DNA of 64,000 nt from an uncultured Desulfobulbaceae bacterium (GTDB taxonomy: Bacteria > Desulfobacterota > Desulfobulbia > Desulfobulbales > BM004): the NCBI GenBank assembly GCA_945787325.1, contig CALZHP010000001.1, forward strand, positions 73-64,072. Reading direction: 5' to 3'. The translations under genes were made by a program, and so were the position numbers. The first letter of the stretch is position 1. Every line of letters starts with the position of its first letter. Below the pieces are notes generated by a model. The model worked only from the letters and a program-made list of their open reading frames with translations, did not search any database and was not told the DNA's origin. Positions 19,745-29,034 of the stretch are shown in pieces.

Positions 19745-21571
19745 TTACACCAGATTTTCCATAATATACTGTTTGCGGTCCGGTGTATTTTTACCCATGT
19801 AGAAAGAAAGGACCTTAGGGACTTCACTCAACCGATCAATATTAACCTGCTTAACCCGCATATCATCGCCTATAAATTGCTTGAACTCCTTAGGGGAAAT
19901 TTCACCAAGCCCTTTAAAACGAGTCACCTCAACAGAATTACGGATTTTACCTTTCCCCCCAAGCTTTACTATCGAATCCTTCTTTTCCCTGTCTGTATAG
20001 CAGTAATTTGTTTTCTTTTTATTACGCACACGGAAAATAGGGGTTTCAAGAATATATATATGCCCCATCTTTACAAGTGCTTCAAAGTAATGAAGAAAAA
20101 AGGTAAGCAAAAGGTTTCTGATATGAAGGCCGTCCACATCTGCATCAGTAGCAAGAATAATTTTATCATACCGAAGGTTACCCACCGACTCTTCTATATC
20201 AAGGGCCTGCATGATATTATATAGCTCATCATTCTTATAAAGCAGGGGCAGACGCTGACCTAAAACATTCATAGGTTTGCCCTTGAGAGAAAAAACGGCC
20301 TGGGTCATCGGGTCGCGGGAACTTACAATAGAGCCTGCGGCAGACTGCCCCTCGGTGATAAAAATCATGTTTTCTTTACCCGGATCAGAAGGTCTACCTT
20401 TAGATGGATGGTATTTGCAGTCTTTCAGGTTTGGTATCTTGAGTGCAACCTTTTTTGCTTTAGCACGTGCTTCCTTCCTCACATGTTGCAGTTCTTTTCT
20501 AACCTTTTCATTCTGCTGTATCTTCTGAATTATCGTTTCGGCCGCTTCAGTGTTCTTATAAAGAAAAGAGGTGACAACTTCTTTTATTTCATTAACGATC
20601 CAGCCCCTGATTTCCGTATTCCCCAATTTATTCTTGGTTTGTGATTCAAAAACAGGGTCTTTAATTTTTACTGCAAGAGTGCCTACTATGCCTTCCCTGG
20701 CATCTTTACCAGAAAATTTTTTATTGGAATATTCATTTATCCCTTTAAGTATTCCTTCTCGAAACGCAGAAAGGTGGGTTCCACCTTCGCTGGTAAATGT
20801 TCCATTAACAAATGAAAAATAGGACTCGCCGTAATTGTCAGTGTGACAAAAAGCAAACTCAAGAGTGCCATTTTTAAAATGTATAGGGTCGTAAAGTTGA
20901 CTGCCGTTAATTTCAACCGCAAGAAGATCCCTTAGTCCATTGGATGAGAAAAAGCGTTCTTCACCTAAATAAAGATTAAGGTTCGAATTAAGGTAGGCAT
21001 AGCGCCATATTCTCTTTTTTATGAAATCATAATCGTATTCAAAGTCAGGAAACAATCCGCAATCAGGTAAAAATTCTATCAATGTTCCGTTTTTTTCATC
21101 AGTTGAACCACAATCCTCTTTTTGCAGAATTCCTTCGGAAAATGTGGCAGCAGCAAATTCACCTTCACGAAAAGAAGTAACTTTAAAGTGTTCAGACAAA
21201 GCATTAACAGCTTTTGTGCCCACACCGTTCAGTCCCACTGAAAATTGGAAAACATCAGTGTTATACTTGGCTCCGGTGTTGATTACTGATACACATTCAA
21301 CCAGCTTCCCCAGCGGAATTCCTCTACCGAAATCCCTAATCCTGACATGGCCGTTTTCTTCAATCGAAATATCAATACGTTTACCGGCTCCCATAATGAA
21401 TTCGTCAATGGAATTATCAATTACTTCTTTTAACAGAATATAAATTCCGTCGTCGGGATGGGTGCCATTACCAAGTCTCCCGATATACATACCAGGACGC
21501 AACCTAATATGTTCAAGGGAACTCAGGGTTTTTATCTTGCTTTCGTCGTACTGGTGTGCAGTTTGAGTCAT
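19745..21571 (-). CDS. parE: type IIA DNA topoisomerase subunit B (ParE/GyrB-like, short form)
   Basis: 608 aa. GHKL ATPase motifs are EVIDNSIDE and GLNGVG. The Toprim motifs are FITEGQSAAGS and ILATDADVDGLHI. Confidence 0.88.
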   Translation of the reverse strand: MTQTAHQYDESKIKTLSSLEHIRLRPGMYIGRLGNGTHPDDGIYILLKEVIDNSIDEFIMGAGKRIDISIEENGHVRIRDFGRGIPLGKLVECVSVINTGAKYNTDVFQFSVGLNGVGTKAVNALSEHFKVTSFREGEFAAATFSEGILQKEDCGSTDEKNGTLIEFLPDCGLFPDFEYDYDFIKKRIWRYAYLNSNLNLYLGEERFFSSNGLRDLLAVEINGSQLYDPIHFKNGTLEFAFCHTDNYGESYFSFVNGTFTSEGGTHLSAFREGILKGINEYSNKKFSGKDAREGIVGTLAVKIKDPVFESQTKNKLGNTEIRGWIVNEIKEVVTSFLYKNTEAAETIIQKIQQNEKVRKELQHVRKEARAKAKKVALKIPNLKDCKYHPSKGRPSDPGKENMIFITEGQSAAGSIVSSRDPMTQAVFSLKGKPMNVLGQRLPLLYKNDELYNIMQALDIEESVGNLRYDKIILATDADVDGLHIRNLLLTFFLHYFEALVKMGHIYILETPIFRVRNKKKTNYCYTDREKKDSIVKLGGKGKIRNSVEVTRFKGLGEISPKEFKQFIGDDMRVKQVNIDRLSEVPKVLSFYMGKNTPDRKQYIMENLV

Positions 21572-21852
21572 ACCTGTTACTCTGGTTATTATTTGTATAA
21601 GTTTATCGACAAAATTATTAAAAAATTATAATCGTTTAATTTGTTTCTAGAAGCATTTAACAAAGTCTGTTAATAATATTATAACATTGATATGCCACAA
21701 TATAACATGTCTTTACACTACATGTTGGTGTGCGCTTAAGACTCTATACACGATATAGTGTATGCTATCAATCAAAAAAAATACAACTTTTAAAAAACAA
21801 GCAAGTCATTATTCACTATTTGACATGATTATACAAGGAGCAGAGAGATATC

Positions 21853-22692
21853 TTGATCAAAAATAATCAGCGAATCAAAGCGGTCATGGCAGTCGCGGGG
21901 TCAGATCCATCAGGGGGAGCAGGCATACAAGCCGATTTAAAAACATATAATACTCTTGGGGTATATGGTTGTGCTGCGATAACCTGTCTCACTGTGCAAA
22001 ACACAACAGGAGTAAAGAGTTATCAACCAGTGGATCCAAACCTTGTAAAAAAGCAAATGGAAGCAGTTCTTGAAGATATTGAAGTAACTCACATTAAGAT
22101 TGGCATGGTTGGCACAGATAGTATTGCACAGGCTATCGGGTCGGCTTTGTCTGGATTTTCCGGCGAGGTAATTTACGACCCTGTCCTGTCCTCTTCCGCT
22201 GGACAGAACTTGATAGACACAACGAAATTAAATATTTTGTGTGAAGAGGTAGTCAATAGGGTCACTGTGTTGATACCAAATCTACCTGAGTTAGAAATTA
22301 TTTCAGCAAAAAAATGTGAATCAACTGAAAAGATCGCCAGTGCAGCTGGGGGACTTCTTGATAAATATCCGCACCTTCGTTCAGTTATAGTTAAAGGAGG
22401 ACATGTTGATGTTGATAAAAAGGAAGTTGAAGACGTGTTGATACAACGAAGCGATAAACCTCAACAAACTCCATATACTCTGCATCCTGAAACGCATCCA
22501 CGCATTCAGACTTCAAACAGCCATGGAACAGGTTGTACATTTGCCTCGGCATTTACGGCATTTCATATGAAGACAGGCAACGATGTTCTAGCTTTCAAAA
22601 AAACAACAGGTTTTCTGGACCAGCTGCTCACAAAAAGTGCGGCATACCATATCGGCCATGGCAATGGCCCCCTGCTCCACCACCTCATATAA
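21853..22692 (+). CDS. thiD: hydroxymethylpyrimidine/phosphomethylpyrimidine kinase
   Basis: AVAGSDPSGGAGIQADLKT, VKGGH and HGTGCTFASA motifs are present. The start is a TTG at 21853; an in-frame ATG at 21886 is an alternative. Confidence 0.9.
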   Translation: MIKNNQRIKAVMAVAGSDPSGGAGIQADLKTYNTLGVYGCAAITCLTVQNTTGVKSYQPVDPNLVKKQMEAVLEDIEVTHIKIGMVGTDSIAQAIGSALSGFSGEVIYDPVLSSSAGQNLIDTTKLNILCEEVVNRVTVLIPNLPELEIISAKKCESTEKIASAAGGLLDKYPHLRSVIVKGGHVDVDKKEVEDVLIQRSDKPQQTPYTLHPETHPRIQTSNSHGTGCTFASAFTAFHMKTGNDVLAFKKTTGFLDQLLTKSAAYHIGHGNGPLLHHLI

Positions 22693-22695
22693 TAA

Positions 22696-23253
22696 TTACA
22701 GTAGAATTTTTTCTATATCTTTTCTTAGTGTGCTTTCTTTTGGCGGTCCAAAGTATTTTTTTATAACTTTTCCTTTTTGATCAATCAGGAAAGCGGTAGG
22801 AATGATCGATATCCCTCCGAACCTTTTTTCAATTTGACCGTTGGACAGAAGAACCGGGTAGATAACTTCTGCCTTGCGAATCATCTTCAAAACCATACTT
22901 CTATTTTCTTTTTCCACAGAAATACCGATTACAGTAAATTTTCTGTCTGCATATGAGTTTTGAACCCTGATTAATGTTTCCATCTCTTCCACACAGGCCC
23001 TGCACCAGAAAGTGAAAAAAGTTATGTATACTGCTTTGTCATTAAGAGAATCACTTGAATAATATGAGTCATTATCAATTAACTGCAATTTAAAACCGGG
23101 CATTGTCATATTAGTTGGGCTTTCGGAAGTCGAAACTGTTTGAGAGTCACTCAATGTATATTGGATCTGAGCATCGCTTCCGAAATCACATCCAGACAAA
23201 CAAACTGTTGTGATTATGGATAACAACAATATGCTAATTTTTTTTTGTTTCAC
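22696..23253 (-). CDS. TlpA/ResA-like thiol:disulfide oxidoreductase lipoprotein
   Basis: 185 aa. The lipobox is LSGC, and the thioredoxin-fold active site is FWCRAC. Confidence 0.8.
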   Translation of the reverse strand: MKQKKISILLLSIITTVCLSGCDFGSDAQIQYTLSDSQTVSTSESPTNMTMPGFKLQLIDNDSYYSSDSLNDKAVYITFFTFWCRACVEEMETLIRVQNSYADRKFTVIGISVEKENRSMVLKMIRKAEVIYPVLLSNGQIEKRFGGISIIPTAFLIDQKGKVIKKYFGPPKESTLRKDIEKILL

Positions 23254-23262
23254 GGCACCATC

Positions 23263-24489
23263 TCATTTCTTTATTTTATCTTCAGTAATGCCGTATTTTT
23301 CAAGAAGGCATTTAGGACAAACACCGTGTGAAAATAAGGCATCGGAATGATTACTTATGTAACTTTCAAGCTGGTTCCATGCTCCTTTTTCATCACGGAT
23401 ATTTTTACATAAAGTGCAAATTGGAATTATACCTTGTAGTTTCTTGATCTCATCAAGTGCTTGCTGTAATTCTTGAATCAATTCCTCTTTTTCCTTTTCG
23501 GCCTTTTTCCTCATGTTAATATCATCAATAGCTTTACGATATAGAATCAATACCGCAAGCCCGATGAAAACACTCAGTGCGATTATGGCTTTTCCTGCTA
23601 TTTTAAAAAAAGGGGTCGTGATTCTTTCCGAAACTGTCTGCAGGTCATGCAGGTAAATAACCCGCCATCCAGGCAGAGAGGAAATGTCATGCCTGTGAAT
23701 AATAAATTGGTCGCCTTTTATATTAGATGCATTATTGTCCTCATATTCGGCAATTCCAGTCCATTTCCAGGGGCCTTTGCCGAATTGTCTGGACAAAAAC
23801 AGTTCTTCTCGCTTTTCAGGAGTTATTTCCCACAAGACTTGAAACATCCATTCTTTCTTACCCGAAGCAAAAATCACCCCGGAATCTGAAACAAACATCA
23901 TAGTCCCCTGACGGTCCGGATCATCCATCTCAACATCAAGAAATTGTAGAGACATTTTGAAGACAACCACTCCAAGAATATCGCCGTCATTATTAAAAAC
24001 AGGTTGACCGTAGTAAATACCTCTTATCCCTGTTGTGACACCCAAAGCTAGGTAAATAGATGTATCACCTTTGATTGCTTGTTGAAAGTATGGTCTGAAT
24101 GCGTAGTTATTACCAACAAGACTATTAGGTTCAGCGTAATTAGATGAAGACAGCACATTACCGTCAGGGTCCATAAGATAAGCGAGACTTGCACCCATGG
24201 AATCCTGGATAAGTTTTAATTTTCTATTGGCTCCTCTAGTATTATCAATATCTGGACGTATTAATACGCTTTGAAAATCATCATATTCAGATAACTTTTT
24301 AGTCGGCTCTTTTAACTCGACAATATGCTTATCAATATGTGCAGCTACTGATATTGTTTTTGCTTCCGCGTTTTTATGGGAATCTTCCAGTGTTTGTTTT
24401 TTCAGCGAAGTATAATATAGATATCCACCTGTTATTGTAGAAAGGAAGGATAGTAGAGCTAGTACAAATATTATGGTTCTGAGTTTCAT
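23263..24489 (-). CDS. membrane sensor: TM / Cache-like extracytoplasmic domain / TM / coiled coil / C-terminal Cys-His-rich domain
   Basis: 408 aa. TM1 is IIFVLALLSFLSTITGGYLYY and TM2 is AIIALSVFIGLAVLILY. The roughly 260-aa extracytoplasmic region looks like a double-Cache domain. The C-terminus is IPICTLCKNIRDEKGAWNQLESYISNHSDALFSHGVCPKCLLEKYG. No kinase, GGDEF, MCP or HTH domain is present. Confidence 0.7.
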   Translation of the reverse strand: MKLRTIIFVLALLSFLSTITGGYLYYTSLKKQTLEDSHKNAEAKTISVAAHIDKHIVELKEPTKKLSEYDDFQSVLIRPDIDNTRGANRKLKLIQDSMGASLAYLMDPDGNVLSSSNYAEPNSLVGNNYAFRPYFQQAIKGDTSIYLALGVTTGIRGIYYGQPVFNNDGDILGVVVFKMSLQFLDVEMDDPDRQGTMMFVSDSGVIFASGKKEWMFQVLWEITPEKREELFLSRQFGKGPWKWTGIAEYEDNNASNIKGDQFIIHRHDISSLPGWRVIYLHDLQTVSERITTPFFKIAGKAIIALSVFIGLAVLILYRKAIDDINMRKKAEKEKEELIQELQQALDEIKKLQGIIPICTLCKNIRDEKGAWNQLESYISNHSDALFSHGVCPKCLLEKYGITEDKIKK

Positions 24490-24526
24490 GTTTTATATTT
24501 TGGGGAAAGATTAAGAATGAGTTATT

Positions 24527-24736
24527 TTATTCAATTCTCAGTATTCTTTCGCAATCAGGGCAAATCCAGGTAGGACCATTGGTAATACCCCACCTGTTTT
24601 CATGAAAGCATGAATCGCAGATCTGGAATCCGCAAGGGCATGTTCTGCAGAAAGGAAGTTGAGCTTTGCAACAATGACAAATGTGAATTTTTTTCCGGTG
24701 TCGCCTGTAACCTGTTTCATTTCGCTCTTGTTTCAT
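24527..24736 (-). CDS. cysteine-rich miniprotein (zinc-ribbon-like)
   Basis: 69 aa from the ATG at 24736, or 83 aa from a GTG at 24778 that overlaps the cutA 3' end. It has 11 Cys residues, including HICHCC, CRTCPC, CDSC and CPDC. Confidence 0.5.
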   Translation of the reverse strand: MKQERNETGYRRHRKKIHICHCCKAQLPFCRTCPCGFQICDSCFHENRWGITNGPTWICPDCERILRIE

Positions 24737-24750
24737 ATTTTTTTGTAAAT

Positions 24751-25071
24751 TTAAGGTTTCAATTCTTTTGACATCCACTCTAAATAATCTGAATTCCCAT
24801 CCAATAAAGGCACAGACAATATTTCCGGTACATCATACGGATGTAATTTTTTAATAATTTGTTCAAGTTCAGTGAATAAGTCATCACGGCTTTTTATTAT
24901 GCACAAATATTCTTCGGAATTTTCAATTCTATCATTCCACCAATACATACTGGCGATAGGTCCAATAACCTGAATACATGCCGCATACCTTTTTTCGAGA
25001 ATACTTCGCGCAGTTCTTTCGGCGTCGGATTTTGTCTCAAAAGTAGTTATCACCTGTATATAATTTGTCAT
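24751..25071 (-). CDS. cutA: divalent-cation tolerance protein CutA
   Basis: 106 aa. AACIQV, MYWWNDRIE and HPYDVPEI motifs match the CutA1 family. Confidence 0.88.
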   Translation of the reverse strand: MTNYIQVITTFETKSDAERTARSILEKRYAACIQVIGPIASMYWWNDRIENSEEYLCIIKSRDDLFTELEQIIKKLHPYDVPEILSVPLLDGNSDYLEWMSKELKP

Positions 25072-25246
25072 TCGTGCCTCCTTATAGACTATAATTACGT
25101 ATTAGTGTTATTACTATATATGAACAAACACTAATTTACACCACGAGGATAATCCTATAAAAATTATATTGTGTATTAACATCAATTTTCATATCGTATT
25201 AAACATCAAATGAAAAGTAACTCATATTAATAATTAGGATAATATT

Positions 25247-26017
25247 ATGCTTATTGCTATAGATGTTGGTAATTCTCATACTGTTAGCGGGATTTTTGAA
25301 AACAATAAACTTTTGTATCATTGGCGTATAAAAACCGACCGCAAAAAAACAGCTGATGAACTTGCTGCCAGATTCCATACATTTTTTACAATGAATGAAA
25401 TCAGGTTTAGAGACATTTCTGATGCAGTGCTGGCAAGCGTTGTTCCAACACAGCAAGCAGCTTGGGTTGATTTTTGCAATGATTTGAATTGGCAGCTTTT
25501 GCAGGTAAATGACAAATTTACACAAACTGGCATGAAGGTGCTCACCGATCGGCCAGAAGAAGTCGGTGCAGACAGAATAGTTAACTCGGCAGCTGCATAT
25601 GAAATTGTCGGCAATGCTTTAATTGCAATCGATTTCGGTACTGCTATTACATTTGATTGTGTCTCAGATTCAGGTGATTATCTGGGAGGTTCCATAGTCC
25701 CCGGAATATCAATATCACTAGATGCCTTATCTAACCGTACTGCGAAACTCCCACGTGTTGACATATCTAAACCACCGCCTAGTCCAATTGGCAAAAACAC
25801 TGTTGATGCCATTAAAAGTGGAATTCTTTATGGATATGGAAGCCTGGTAGATGGTGTAATTGAAAAGCTGAAAAAAGAGTTTAACAATAAAAAACCAGCC
25901 GTGATCGCAACAGGTGGTATGGCAATGCTGATTCAACCCTACACAACTTCAATTGAAAGAGTTGAACCAATGCTAACTCTTCAAGGTTTAAAGCTCATTC
26001 ATGAAAGAAACAACTGA
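25247..26017 (+). CDS. coaX: type III pantothenate kinase
   Basis: 256 aa. MLIAIDVGNSHT, VGADRIVN and IDFGTAITFD motifs are present. Confidence 0.92.
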   Translation: MLIAIDVGNSHTVSGIFENNKLLYHWRIKTDRKKTADELAARFHTFFTMNEIRFRDISDAVLASVVPTQQAAWVDFCNDLNWQLLQVNDKFTQTGMKVLTDRPEEVGADRIVNSAAAYEIVGNALIAIDFGTAITFDCVSDSGDYLGGSIVPGISISLDALSNRTAKLPRVDISKPPPSPIGKNTVDAIKSGILYGYGSLVDGVIEKLKKEFNNKKPAVIATGGMAMLIQPYTTSIERVEPMLTLQGLKLIHERNN

Positions 26018-26945
26018 TCTTATCCTTCCACCCAGGCTCAAAACAGGAGATACAATAGGTCTTGTTTCACCTGCAGGACCAGTAAAAAACGCCGAACTTT
26101 TCGGAGCCGGTGTCTCTGCTTTGAAGAACATGGGTTTCAAAGTGCGATACAACCAGATTGGTACTGAATCTGATGATTATCTTGCAGCTTCTGATGAATA
26201 TCGGGCCCAAGAGTTCAACAAGCTATGGGCCGATACAGAAGTTAATGGTCTTATGGCTGTTAGAGGCGGATATGGATCATTACGCATGGTCAAGGCACTT
26301 GACATGGGAATGATCCGTAACAACCCCAAAATACTTGTTGGTTTCAGTGACATTACAGTCCTTTTAACTGCCATTATGAAAGAAACTGGGCTTGTCACAT
26401 TTCATGGTCCGGTGTTGACTACTCTGGATTCATTAAACGATTCTTCACGTCTTGCCTTTTTTGAAATGCTTACTTCAAAAAAGGCACATAAAATAGAACT
26501 GGCAAGTGAAGAATCTGAAGATTTGAAGATATTGAAAAAAGGCAAAACCAAGGGCCGTTTAATCGGCGGCAATCTTACTAATCTTGTGCATCTTATATCG
26601 ACACCATACGAGTTAAACTGGGACGGTTCGATATTGTTTATCGAAGACGTCGGTGAAGCCCCTTACCGCATTGATAGAATGCTCACCCATCTTGCAGAAG
26701 CCGGGCGGCTTGAAGGGCTAGCAGGATTGCTGTTGGGGTCCATTTCCGAAGGTGATGAGGATAAATGTGATACTGAAGCCTGTTTCAAAAGGGTAATGGA
26801 AATCCTAGAAGATGTGAACATTCCCATCTGGGGGAATTTCCCAGTGGGACATGGAGTTAGAAATCATATTCTGCCGTTAGGAGTTGAGGTGGAAATGAAC
26901 TCGGAAAAAAAAGAGTTGAAAATTCTTAGACCTTGCCTCTGCTGA
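26001..26945 (+). CDS. ldcA: LD-carboxypeptidase (S66 family, muramoyltetrapeptide carboxypeptidase-like)
   Basis: 314 aa. GDTIGLVSPAG, the nucleophile motif GFSDITVL and the C-terminal GHG are present. Confidence 0.85.
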   Translation: MKETTDLILPPRLKTGDTIGLVSPAGPVKNAELFGAGVSALKNMGFKVRYNQIGTESDDYLAASDEYRAQEFNKLWADTEVNGLMAVRGGYGSLRMVKALDMGMIRNNPKILVGFSDITVLLTAIMKETGLVTFHGPVLTTLDSLNDSSRLAFFEMLTSKKAHKIELASEESEDLKILKKGKTKGRLIGGNLTNLVHLISTPYELNWDGSILFIEDVGEAPYRIDRMLTHLAEAGRLEGLAGLLLGSISEGDEDKCDTEACFKRVMEILEDVNIPIWGNFPVGHGVRNHILPLGVEVEMNSEKKELKILRPCLC

Positions 26946-26948
26946 GTA

Positions 26949-28421
26949 TCAGCTCTCGTCTTCAGAAGATAGCTTGTTGACGATACCCGTAGTACTAATT
27001 CCGTGCATGAGAGGTACAAGGCGAACTGAACCACCACTCGATTGAACAATTTCCTGCCCAACCACTTCCTCTTCCTTGTAATCAGCACCTTTCACCAGAA
27101 CATCAGGGCGAAGTGCATCTATAATCGATAATGGTGTATCGTCTTCAAAAATAACTACCAAATCAACACATTCAAGGGCGCTTAACATAGCAGCCCGGTC
27201 ATTTTCAGAAAGTATGGGGCGGTCGACACCCTTCAGCCTTTTTACTGAATTGTCAGAGTTTAGGCCGATAACAAGACGATCTCCAAAATCTCCAGCCTGG
27301 TGAAGAAGATGAATATGGCCTGGGTGCAGTAAATCGAAACATCCATTGGTAAACACAATCTTTTCACCAGACGTTCTCCAAGCACTCACCCTTATTTTAG
27401 CAGCCTCTAGTGAAGTTATTTTAACCTGATGTTCTGATTTGCTCTCAAGTTCGTGAAGTTTATATGCAGATTGAAGTTCAGCAAAAGATATGGGCTGTGT
27501 TCCTAGTTTTCCGACAACAACTCCGGCTGCAAGGTTTGCAAGTTCGGTTGCCTCGTGAAATTCAAGACCGCCACCCAGACCGGCGGCCAGGGTGGCAATA
27601 ACCGTATCTCCGGCACCTGATACATCGAAAACCTCGGAAGCATTTGCATTAATAAGTATGGGTTCTCCACTTCCTGTAAGGCACATGCCCTTTGAGCCGC
27701 GCGTTACCAGAAGCCATTCCAAACCATACATATCATGAATCTTTCTGGAAGCAGCTATAATGCTCTTATCATCTCTGCCAAGCGGTCCATCTAGGACAAG
27801 TTCCAGTTCGGCCGAATTGGGGGTGATGCATGTCGCTCCCTGGTATCTTTCCCAGTCTTTTCCTTTTGGATCGACCAGAACGTGTACATTCTGCTGACGA
27901 CATAATGTAATTATGTGCTGAGTTAATTTTTCCGAAGTGAACATCCCCTTACCATAATCAGACAAAACAACTGCCTGACAATGTGGAAGCATTTCTGTTA
28001 TTTTTGTAAACAAATGATCTTGAAGATCGGGGTTAAAGGATTGTTTTTCTTCTTCATCAAGCCTGATAAGCTGTTGACCCTGCGACATTACCCTCGTTTT
28101 TGTAATAGTCGGTCGCGATTCATCAATAAGTAAATATTCATCAATATTTTTTTCATGAAAAAGAGCTGACAGCTTTTTTCCTTTTTCATCATTTCCGCGA
28201 AAACCTATTACACTTACAGAACTACCGAGACTGGAAAGGTTGGCAGCAACATTACCGCCGCCACCCAGAACTTCGGATTTTTCACAAATCCTTACAATGG
28301 GCACTGGTGCTTCCGGGGATATCCTGCCTACCTTGCCCCACAGGTAGCGATCCAGCATGACATCACCTATTACCAGGATTTTTGCCTTTTTAAGTATGTC
28401 AATATCAATTGAATATTTCAT
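26949..28421 (-). CDS. hldE: bifunctional D-beta-D-heptose 7-phosphate kinase / D-beta-D-heptose 1-phosphate adenylyltransferase
   Basis: 490 aa. The N-terminal PfkB kinase domain has GDVMLDRY and DVSGAGDT. The C-terminal cytidylyltransferase domain has FTNGCFDLLHPGH. Confidence 0.92.
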   Translation of the reverse strand: MKYSIDIDILKKAKILVIGDVMLDRYLWGKVGRISPEAPVPIVRICEKSEVLGGGGNVAANLSSLGSSVSVIGFRGNDEKGKKLSALFHEKNIDEYLLIDESRPTITKTRVMSQGQQLIRLDEEEKQSFNPDLQDHLFTKITEMLPHCQAVVLSDYGKGMFTSEKLTQHIITLCRQQNVHVLVDPKGKDWERYQGATCITPNSAELELVLDGPLGRDDKSIIAASRKIHDMYGLEWLLVTRGSKGMCLTGSGEPILINANASEVFDVSGAGDTVIATLAAGLGGGLEFHEATELANLAAGVVVGKLGTQPISFAELQSAYKLHELESKSEHQVKITSLEAAKIRVSAWRTSGEKIVFTNGCFDLLHPGHIHLLHQAGDFGDRLVIGLNSDNSVKRLKGVDRPILSENDRAAMLSALECVDLVVIFEDDTPLSIIDALRPDVLVKGADYKEEEVVGQEIVQSSGGSVRLVPLMHGISTTGIVNKLSSEDES

Positions 28422-28434
28422 GAAAAGACTTCAC

Positions 28435-28992
28435 TTATAATTTTTCTTCAATCAGGGCGGCCCAATAATGAATAATAAAGATGTGCGTTTCCTGGATATG
28501 AGCAGTTATTTCCCCAGTAACAGTAATATCAAAATCAACATGTTCTTTTATAGATCCGCCGTCACTGCCTAAAAGCCCAACTGTATGCATTCCAATTGAT
28601 TTTCCTTTTTTAACAGCCCGTAAGATATTTTCAGAGTTACCGGATGTTGAAATCCCAAGCAGAATATCACCTTTATTACCCAGTCCTTCAACCTGTCGTG
28701 CAAAAACATCTGAAAAACTGTAATCATTTGCGAGTGCAGTAAGTATTGATGTGTCAGTAGTCAGCGAAATGGCAGGTAAAGCCGCTCGTTCCTTCTGAAA
28801 TCGCCCAATAATTTCAGCGGCAAAATGTTGCGAATCAGATGCAGAACCTCCGTTTCCGCAAATAAGTATTTTATTTCCGTTGAGGAGGGCATGTGATATC
28901 AGTTTACCCACACGGGTAAGTTGTGGCTCCATCGCAGGAAGCTGATCAAAACAGCTAGCATGATTTGAGTATAATCTCGCAAACATAGTCAT
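28435..28992 (-). CDS. gmhA: D-sedoheptulose 7-phosphate isomerase
   Basis: 185 aa SIS domain. ICGNGGSASDSQHFAAE and ISTSGNS motifs are present. Confidence 0.92.
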   Translation of the reverse strand: MTMFARLYSNHASCFDQLPAMEPQLTRVGKLISHALLNGNKILICGNGGSASDSQHFAAEIIGRFQKERAALPAISLTTDTSILTALANDYSFSDVFARQVEGLGNKGDILLGISTSGNSENILRAVKKGKSIGMHTVGLLGSDGGSIKEHVDFDITVTGEITAHIQETHIFIIHYWAALIEEKL

Positions 28993-29034
28993 TTAATATA
29001 ATACTCTCAAATTGTATTCTATGCTGGTTGCAGG

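Noticed and set aside
21572-21852. Possible TPP (THI-box) riboswitch in the 280-nt leader upstream of thiD.
   Set aside because: I read the region on the thiD strand and found no CTGAGA / ACCTGATCTGGATAATGCCAGCG-like core, only AT-rich sequence with short dyads. A covariance-model scan (Rfam TPP) would settle it.
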